DNA of 64,000 nucleotides, taken from positions 89,308-153,307 of the forward strand of contig DASPNR010000013.1 of NCBI GenBank assembly GCA_035626395.1, given 5' to 3'. Positions 57,588 through 64,000 of the stretch are shown one piece after another. The notes under the pieces are model-generated. The model had not been told where the DNA came from, did no database searches, and saw only the letters and a list, made by a program, of their open reading frames with translations. Position 1 is the first letter of the stretch; every line of letters begins with the position of its first letter. The translations under genes were made by a program, and so were the position numbers. This DNA is from Candidatus Limnocylindrales bacterium. Its GTDB lineage: Bacteria; Desulfobacterota; Binatia; UBA1149; CAITLU01.

Positions 57588-57865
57588 GCCGCGTCGCCGC
57601 TGCGCGGCCTTCGCAACGGTTCGCTGCCGTTCGAGCACACGGCCGGCGCGAGGATAGGGCATACGCACGCGGCCGACCGCCGTTCCGGTCTTACGGGCGG
57701 ATGTTGCCGCGGCGCGGACTGACGCGGTGCGGCATGCGGACGGAACGCGTGCACCGCTTCGTATAGTGCGATTTGTCACTTGGCGCAGCCGCGCCAACTC
57801 GCTACCTTTCGGCACCATTTTTTAGGACGTCCAAAACCGAAACCCATGGTGGGAGGGTCAGGGGC

Positions 57866-60800
57866 ATGTCTTACACTTCGTCGCGCCTCGCGATTCTTTG
57901 CTTTGGTTTGTCCGTCGCCGTCCAGGCGTTCCCCGAACGTGCGCCGGCTGCCGAAGTCGGTACCAACGACTTTCGGATCAGCGTCATGGGCACGGACGGC
58001 GACACGACGGTCAACGTCAACACACAGGCCGTCGCGTACAACGGTGATCAGACCGAATACCTGGTCGTCTGGTCGGCCGATGAGATGCTCAACGGCGAGT
58101 TCGAGATCTACGGCCAGATCGTCGCCGCCGACGGCTCCCTTCTAGGTTCCGATTTCCGGCTGAGCGACATGGGGCCGGATCTGAACGCGAGTTATGACGC
58201 CACCGTGCCGGCCGTCGCGTACAACGCGGCGACGAACGAGTACCTCGTCGTCTGGCGCGGCAACGACGGGACGAGCGAGAACGACATCTACGGCCAGCGC
58301 GTGGACGCCGATGGTGTCGAGGTCGGCACGAACGATTTCCGCATCAGCGACGTCGGCTCGCTCAGCTACGCGGCCAATGCGCCGGCCGTAACGTGTCACG
58401 ATACCAACGGCGAATGCCTGGTGGTCTGGGAGGCCGACTACGAGACGGTGACGGCGAACGATGAAATCGAGATTTTCGGACAGCTTCTCGACGGCACCGG
58501 CAACGCCATCGGCACGAACGACTTCCGCATCAGCCGCATGGGCCCCGACAACAACGCCAATTACGATGCCGATGCCCCGCGCGTGGTCTACAACAGCGCC
58601 AACGACGAATACTTCGTCGTGTGGGTGGCCGAGGATGACAGCCTGCCGCTGATCGACGGCGAGTTCGAGGTGTACGGCCAGCGTCTGACGTCGGCCGGAG
58701 CCGAGACCGGCAACGACGACTTCCGCATCAGCGACGTCGGCATCGACGGAATCGCCGCCACCAGCGCCAGTGCTCCCGCCGTCGCCTACGACCCGGACGC
58801 CGGCGAGTACCTCGTCGTGTGGTCGGCCGACGAGACGAGCGGGCAGAGCGAGATCCACGGCCAGCGCTTGACCGCATCGACGGGCGCCGAGGTGGGGACC
58901 AACGACTTCCGCATCAGCGACATGGGGCCCGATGGCAGCTCCTCCTACGGCGCCTTCACGCCGGCCGTGGCCTACAACGGCATCAACGACGAATTTTTCG
59001 TTGTCTGGCAGGGGGACGACGACACCTCGCCTCTGGTCAACAACGAGTTCGAGGTCTTCGGCCAGCGCATCGCGAGCGGCACCGGCGCCGCGGTGGGCGC
59101 CAACGACATGCGGCTGAGCGACATGGGCGTCGACGGCAACGTGGCATTCAACGTGGCTGCCGGCGTCAGCGTCGCCTTCAACGCCGCCAGCCTCGAGTAT
59201 CTCGTTGCGTGGACGGGCGACGACACGACCGATGGCGAATTCGAGGCGTACGGCCAGCGCGTCTCCAACTGCGGCGATTCCACCATCGACACAGGGGAAC
59301 AGTGTGACGCCGGCGCCAGCAACGGCGCCGCGGCATCGTGCTGCTCGGCAACCTGCAGCTATCGCCCGGTCGACTACATCTGTCGCGGCGCCGCCGGCGA
59401 GTGCGACGTGGCCGAAACCTGCACGGGCGCGAGCGCGAGCTGCCCGTCCGACTCCTTGCAGCCCGCGGATTCCACCTGCACCGATGACGGCAACGCCTGC
59501 ACCAGCGACCGCTGCGACGGCAGCAGCACGGCGTGCCAGCACGCGGCGGGCAATGCCGGCGCCGTCTGCCGTGCAGCCGTCGACGACTGCGACGCTGCCG
59601 AGGTGTGCGACGGCTCTTCCACGTCGTGCCCGGCCGATGTGCTCGATGCCGCCGGCACGGCGTGCGCCAGCGACGGCAATCCCTGCACCGTCGACCAGTG
59701 CGACGGCGTCAACACCGCCTGCCAACATCCCGCCGGCAATGCCGGCGCGACCTGCCGCGCAGCAGCCGGCGAGTGCGACGCCGCCGAGATCTGCGACGGT
59801 GCCGACCCTGCCTGCCCCGTGGATGCGAAGGTCGCCTCCGGCACGTCCTGCAGCGACGACGGCAACGCCTGCACGGAGGATCGCTGTGACGGGAGCGGCG
59901 ATGCGTGCCAGCATCCCGCCGGCAACGTCGGCGCCGTCTGTCGCGCGGCCGCCGGCGAATGCGACGTCGCCGAGACCTGCGACGGCACCGCCACGTGCCC
60001 GACCGATGGGCTGACCGATGCCGGGACGTCGTGCAGCAGCGATGGAAATCCCTGCACGATCGACCAGTGCGACGGCGCGAGCGCACTGTGCCAGCACCCT
60101 GCCGGCAACGCCGGCGCCACCTGCCGAGCGGCCGCCGACGAGTGCGATGCGGCCGAACTGTGCGACGGCGCCAGCACGACCTGTCCGGGCGATGCCAAGC
60201 AGTCGGCCGACACCGCATGCACGGACGACGGCAACGCCTGCACGCTCGACCGCTGCGACGGCTCCAGCGACGCATGCCAGCACCCCGCCGGCAATACCGG
60301 TACGGTCTGCCGCGCCGCGGCCGGAGAGTGCGATATCGCCGAGACCTGCGACGGCACCGCCACGTGCCCGTCCGACGCGCTCGTGCCGGCCGATTCCTCG
60401 TGCACCAGCGACGGGAACGTCTGCACGAGGGACGTCTGCGACGGCTCGAGCCCGCTGTGCCAGCATCCGGCCGGCAATGCCGGAACCGTCTGCCGGGCCG
60501 CGGCCGGCGAGTGCGACACCGCCGAGACCTGCAGCGGGGAAGCCGCCGAGTGCCCCGCCGACGCCAAGGCGCCCGCGGACACGACCTGCTCGAGCGACGG
60601 CAACGTCTGCACGCTCGATCGCTGCGACGGCTCCAGCGACACCTGCCAGCACCCGGCCGGCAACGCCGGCACGGTCTGCCGCGCTGGCTCCGGTGATCTG
60701 TGCGACCCCGACGAGCTGTGCACCGGCTCGGAGGCCGACTGCCCCGCCGACGTCGTCCAGCCCGCCGGCACCGTCTGCCGCGCCGGCTCGGGTGATCTCT

Positions 60801-62017
60801 GCAACAGCGACGAGACCTGCAGCGGAACGGCGGGGGCCGCGTGTCCGGCCGATGCGTTCGAGCCATCCACGACGGTTTGCCGCTCGGCTGCGCATGACTG
60901 TGACTCCGCCGAGCTATGTCCCGGCACGCCGGCGGGGTGCCCGTCGGATGCAGATCTGCCCGATGGAACGAGCTGCGACGACGGCGACGATTGCACGATC
61001 GACGAAGTCTGCAGCGGCGGCGTCTGCGGCGATGCCACGCGCATCTGCATCGATGAGTTCGTTGCCTATCGCGTCAACTCCTCCGATGCCGCCGACACGC
61101 TCCCCAAAGGATGGAACGTCACGTTGAACGATGAGCACGTTGCCGACGGCGACGGAGACGATCCGGAAAACCACGCCGCCAAGAAGACGATGGGCCTGCT
61201 CACTCCGGCGGGCAGCGATGGAACTGGCATGGCGGTCGAGCCCGCGCTGCATTACCTGCGCTACCAGGTCGGCCCTGCCGGTGACGGCGCCAGCGCGATG
61301 CTCGCGAACGGCGCGTTCCCGCCTACGGTGGCGCACATCCCCCGACGCTGGGAGCTCACCAACCAGTTCGGCACGATCGTCGTCGACTCGCGCAAGGTGA
61401 CGGCGATGCTGGTGCCCGCCGCTACCGGCGACACCGGCCCGCTCGTCGCCCCCAGCGGCAAGAACCACTTCCTGTGCTACCAGGTGCGTACGGCCAAGGG
61501 AGTCGCCAGCGATCAGACTCCCGAACTTGCTCCCGGCGTCACCAAGTTCCGCACCGATCTGCAGGGATACTTCCGCGACACGTTCGACGACTGCGCCACC
61601 GACGCCGACGGCGGCATCGGCTTCGAGGGTACCAGCGTGGAAGGGCACTGCCTCTATGATCTCAAAATCCCCGTGGAGCTGTGCAGCCCGGCGGCGATGA
61701 GCGAGGTCGAGCCGCCGCGGGAGAGTGCGGCGACGATCGAAGAGTCGAACCCGGTCACGCCGTTCGCGCTGCTCTGCTACAAGTCCGGCCTCGCGCGCGT
61801 CTGGAAGAGCGAGGAGGTGGCGGCGCTTGCCGGCGGAACGGCCGGCGCGCGCATTGAACCGAACCAGTCGCCGCACCAGGTGCACTCGCTGACGACGGGC
61901 AATCCAGTCGAGGTGGCTCCTGCCAGCGGCTTCATCTCGCCGTCGGCGCTCGACACGGTGCCCTCGCGCACGATCTGCGTATCGACGGCGGTGACGGACG
62001 TTCAGATGCTGCCTTGA
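57866..62017 (+). CDS. 1,383-aa secreted mosaic protein: 7 propeller-like repeats + disintegrin-like Cys-module array + 4 C-terminal modules; function unknown
   Basis: ATG 57866 follows GGGAGGG (57851-57857). The signal peptide is MSYTSSRLAILCFGLSVAVQA|F. The ORF track start (TTG 57773) lacks both an SD and a signal peptide. The internal repeat structure is given in the findings. Confidence 0.85.
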   Translation: MSYTSSRLAILCFGLSVAVQAFPERAPAAEVGTNDFRISVMGTDGDTTVNVNTQAVAYNGDQTEYLVVWSADEMLNGEFEIYGQIVAADGSLLGSDFRLSDMGPDLNASYDATVPAVAYNAATNEYLVVWRGNDGTSENDIYGQRVDADGVEVGTNDFRISDVGSLSYAANAPAVTCHDTNGECLVVWEADYETVTANDEIEIFGQLLDGTGNAIGTNDFRISRMGPDNNANYDADAPRVVYNSANDEYFVVWVAEDDSLPLIDGEFEVYGQRLTSAGAETGNDDFRISDVGIDGIAATSASAPAVAYDPDAGEYLVVWSADETSGQSEIHGQRLTASTGAEVGTNDFRISDMGPDGSSSYGAFTPAVAYNGINDEFFVVWQGDDDTSPLVNNEFEVFGQRIASGTGAAVGANDMRLSDMGVDGNVAFNVAAGVSVAFNAASLEYLVAWTGDDTTDGEFEAYGQRVSNCGDSTIDTGEQCDAGASNGAAASCCSATCSYRPVDYICRGAAGECDVAETCTGASASCPSDSLQPADSTCTDDGNACTSDRCDGSSTACQHAAGNAGAVCRAAVDDCDAAEVCDGSSTSCPADVLDAAGTACASDGNPCTVDQCDGVNTACQHPAGNAGATCRAAAGECDAAEICDGADPACPVDAKVASGTSCSDDGNACTEDRCDGSGDACQHPAGNVGAVCRAAAGECDVAETCDGTATCPTDGLTDAGTSCSSDGNPCTIDQCDGASALCQHPAGNAGATCRAAADECDAAELCDGASTTCPGDAKQSADTACTDDGNACTLDRCDGSSDACQHPAGNTGTVCRAAAGECDIAETCDGTATCPSDALVPADSSCTSDGNVCTRDVCDGSSPLCQHPAGNAGTVCRAAAGECDTAETCSGEAAECPADAKAPADTTCSSDGNVCTLDRCDGSSDTCQHPAGNAGTVCRAGSGDLCDPDELCTGSEADCPADVVQPAGTVCRAGSGDLCNSDETCSGTAGAACPADAFEPSTTVCRSAAHDCDSAELCPGTPAGCPSDADLPDGTSCDDGDDCTIDEVCSGGVCGDATRICIDEFVAYRVNSSDAADTLPKGWNVTLNDEHVADGDGDDPENHAAKKTMGLLTPAGSDGTGMAVEPALHYLRYQVGPAGDGASAMLANGAFPPTVAHIPRRWELTNQFGTIVVDSRKVTAMLVPAATGDTGPLVAPSGKNHFLCYQVRTAKGVASDQTPELAPGVTKFRTDLQGYFRDTFDDCATDADGGIGFEGTSVEGHCLYDLKIPVELCSPAAMSEVEPPRESAATIEESNPVTPFALLCYKSGLARVWKSEEVAALAGGTAGARIEPNQSPHQVHSLTTGNPVEVAPASGFISPSALDTVPSRTICVSTAVTDVQMLP
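57956..59266 (+). repeat. Seven ~55-65-aa coding repeats (NDFRISDMGPDG...PAVAYN...EYLVVW...EFEIYGQR)
   Basis: Repeat starts read directly at ORF-track residues 62, 127, 248, 315 and 377, plus 187 and 443. Each has four conserved beta-strand-like segments. Confidence 0.8.
59381..61027 (+). repeat. Seven 61-62-aa (about 186-bp) tandem Cys-rich coding repeats followed by three 33-34-aa half-units
   Basis: The unit is CRAAAGECDxAExCDGxxxxCPxDxxxxxGTxCxxDGNxCTxDxCDGxxxxCQHPAGNAGxx. CR positions in ORF-track numbering are 537, 599, 661, 723, 784, 846, 907, 969, 1002 and 1036. Confidence 0.9.
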
Positions 62018-62056
62018 ACGTGCCATCGGGGAGCCGGCCGTGCCGCGCTTGCGCGA

Positions 62057-63115
62057 CTAATTCGCGTCGTTCGCGGTTTCTGCCGCTTCGGAGGTTTCCA
62101 GTGCTGCCTCCTCGGCTTCCAGTGCTTCGAGATCGTCGGGGAAGATGCCGAAGTGCGCAGCCACGTCCGGCGCATAACGCAGGAGATCGACGCGAAGCTT
62201 GAGCAGGCTCATGTCCTTGGCCTTGCTCTCGAGCATGACGTCGAAACTAAGGCCTTCCGCGTCTCGCATGAAGCGTGCGAATTCGAACGGATTGGTGAAG
62301 TCCGCATGATTCGTGAGGATCGGCGGCAGCTGCACCGTTTTCTTGCGCTTGGTTCTCGGGTCCCGCCGCTGCACATCGCGCAGTTCGGTCCGGGGTGACG
62401 AGTAGTGGATCTTGGGCCGCTGCGGCTCGGGCCACGTCTCCACGATTCGTCGAAGCGTGTCCACCATGCCGAGGCGCTCTGGATTCAAGCACCAGAAGTG
62501 CTGGTAATCGAAGACGAGCCGCACGCCCGTGTGCTCGTAGATCCAAAGGACATCGGCCGCACTGAACCGGATGTCGTCGTGTTCGAGCACCAGTCGGTTC
62601 TGCACGTGCTTTGGAAGACGCTTCCAGTTCTCGACCCAGCGCGCACGGCTCGCCTGGTGGTCGCCGTAGACACCGCCGACGTGCGTCACCATGACCGCTT
62701 CAGGTCCCAGCTCCATGCGATCGAGCATTTCCGCCTGAGACGAGAAGTCCCAGATGCTCTTCCTGGTCAGCGTCTCGTCCGGACTGTTGAGCAGCACGTA
62801 TTGCGAGGGATGGAATGAGAGGCGGATGTCCAGCTGCCGCGCCTTGGCACCGAGCGCCTGCAACTCGGCGTCGCTCTCCGCCACCATCTTGTGAAACTGC
62901 GGCATGTCGGGATGGGTGGCATACGGCGCCAGATCCGACGACAGCCGGTACATCTTGATCTCGTGCTCGGCGAGATAGTCGAAGATCGCGTCGACGTATT
63001 CCAGCGAGACCTTGAGATGCGGATTCTTTTGCCAGCGCCGTGCGTCGTTCGACTTCAAGCCGGGCTTCCCCATCACCTTCACGGCAAAACCCAGCCGTGG
63101 TGGCACTTGCGTCAT
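62057..63115 (-). CDS. uvdE: UV damage endonuclease (UvdE/UvsE family)
   Basis: LGFAVKVMG, MYRLSSDLAPY, RLSFHPSQYVLLNS, HVGG, LVLEHDD - the UvdE TIM-barrel pattern. Its ATG 63115 overlaps the upstream stop. Confidence 0.9.
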   Translation of the reverse strand: MTQVPPRLGFAVKVMGKPGLKSNDARRWQKNPHLKVSLEYVDAIFDYLAEHEIKMYRLSSDLAPYATHPDMPQFHKMVAESDAELQALGAKARQLDIRLSFHPSQYVLLNSPDETLTRKSIWDFSSQAEMLDRMELGPEAVMVTHVGGVYGDHQASRARWVENWKRLPKHVQNRLVLEHDDIRFSAADVLWIYEHTGVRLVFDYQHFWCLNPERLGMVDTLRRIVETWPEPQRPKIHYSSPRTELRDVQRRDPRTKRKKTVQLPPILTNHADFTNPFEFARFMRDAEGLSFDVMLESKAKDMSLLKLRVDLLRYAPDVAAHFGIFPDDLEALEAEEAALETSEAAETANDAN

Positions 63116-64000
63116 GGCTGCACCTGGCTTTCCGGTCCGAAGCCGAGTCCGACAATGAATGCGTTCCAGTCATCGGGTCGGAGAGCACCTCCAGTGGCCG
63201 CAACGTGTCCACTTCCGTAGTTCTCGTCCGCACCCGCCGGTTTGTGCTCGGCGAGGAACTCGATCAGGTCGACGTCACGTGCGCTTCTCGCAGCGAAGTG
63301 GATCCAGCCGGGTCGATACCCTGTGTTGGCGGCGAGCACGATTTCGTTCTTCAACCGTCCACGCCATTGCTGTGCGATCAGCGGATGAATCTGACACGGT
63401 GAATCGAACAGGATCAGCGCGACACCATTGCGCACCTTGGGAGCAATGCGGCGTGCGCCCGCCATAGCTGCCTTGACTTCCTCGCGAGCGGCCTGGAGCT
63501 TCGCGGTCTCAGGGTAGCGGCCGGACAGCAGATCTTTGGGGCTCTCCGCGTGCAGCAGCAGATGCAACGCGGGACTCGCATCGCCGGACGCCGATCGCCG
63601 TGGTGCGTTGATCAACGTCGTCGCTTCGCGAAGCGCAGTGATGCCGTAGCGCTTTCGTGCCAGCGAGAGCTCGGGGAAATCCGCACCTTCTGCCATGTCG
63701 CCGATGAGCCCGATGGCGGCGATCCACAACCATCGGTCGGCGTCCGCTATTTCGCTTGCACACCAGAACGCGAGCAGGCTCGACGTCGGAACGGGCGAAT
63801 GACCGTATCCGCTGATCACCGCGCCATCTGCCAACGCTGTCGACGGCACATGATGGTCTATGATGATGGTCGGTGCGTCGGACTTGATTGTCCCGGGACG
63901 CACACCAAGATCGGCGACCATCAGCCCCGCCAGCGCCAGCGGCTCGAGCTCTGCTGCCATGCTCTTCGACCAAGGGTTCTCGCCGCGACCAACAATGCGC
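63112..64000 (-). CDS. DHH-family phosphoesterase (RecJ/NrnA-like), N-terminus beyond the right edge (partial)
   Basis: IIIDHHVP is DHH motif III and LMVADLG is motif II-like. The reading frame stays open to nt 64000, so motif I should lie outside the window. Confidence 0.8.
   Translation of the reverse strand, partial: RIVGRGENPWSKSMAAELEPLALAGLMVADLGVRPGTIKSDAPTIIIDHHVPSTALADGAVISGYGHSPVPTSSLLAFWCASEIADADRWLWIAAIGLIGDMAEGADFPELSLARKRYGITALREATTLINAPRRSASGDASPALHLLLHAESPKDLLSGRYPETAKLQAAREEVKAAMAGARRIAPKVRNGVALILFDSPCQIHPLIAQQWRGRLKNEIVLAANTGYRPGWIHFAARSARDVDLIEFLAEHKPAGADENYGSGHVAATGGALRPDDWNAFIVGLGFGPESQVQP

Noticed and set aside
57805-57830. Sigma-54-like element (CGGCAC-N5-TTAG) upstream of the giant gene
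   Set aside because: The -12 element lacks the conserved GC (TTGC). The resemblance is too weak to call without data.
59270-61048. Regular ~186-bp DNA periodicity as a CRISPR-like or satellite array
   Set aside because: The repeats are in frame within one long ORF and encode conserved Cys frameworks. There are no short palindromic repeats with unique spacers.
58142-61050. 917-aa and 558-aa minus-strand ORFs (58142-60895, 59374-61050) and several plus-strand alternate-frame ORFs inside the giant gene
   Set aside because: They are mirror or shifted frames of the repetitive Cys-module coding sequence. Their periodic Ala/Gly/Arg or Ser/Pro repeats simply reflect the sense-strand repeats. They have no signal peptides or start contexts.

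Overview
High-GC (roughly two-thirds G+C by eye) chromosomal segment of a Gram-negative bacterium. The gene content (xerC-hslVU, a DUF4911-like gene, tatBC) and the many Cys-rich or dockerin-like secreted proteins suggest a deltaproteobacterium-like lineage of the Myxococcota/Binatia type; this is inference only. I call about 56 protein-coding genes. They are tightly packed, and many are joined by 4-nt ATGA/GTGA/TTGA stop-start overlaps. Several genes need GTG or TTG starts (argD, the second PLD gene, the HDAC-like gene, degT-like, cobB, hslV). I saw no rRNA, tRNA, CRISPR array, transposase or prophage genes. Core genes are argG-argH, argB-argD-argF, fabD-like, hslVU-xerC, tatB/tatC, PBP1A (mrcA), cobB sirtuin, an HDAC-family deacetylase, a DegT-type aminotransferase, thiD, ptsP (GAF-EI), a 1-Cys peroxiredoxin, uvdE and a DHH phosphoesterase. 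Five things stand out. (1) A 1,383-aa secreted mosaic protein (57866-62017) has 7 propeller-like repeats, a long array of ADAM-type disintegrin-like Cys modules and 4 C-terminal modules of an unnamed type. (2) A NitT/TauT-type ABC importer operon carries an embedded Sco1/SenC and a cupredoxin-like gene. (3) A cls / EEP-PLD / matrixin cluster is preceded by a G-rich candidate structured leader that ends in an intrinsic terminator. (4) PBP1A carries a ~466-aa Pro/Arg-rich tail. (5) A REC-GAF histidine-kinase homolog lacks its phospho-acceptor His. All domain calls rest on motifs recognised by eye in the supplied translations. No database search, alignment or folding calculation was run. The many long ORFs antisense to real genes are treated as high-GC artefacts.
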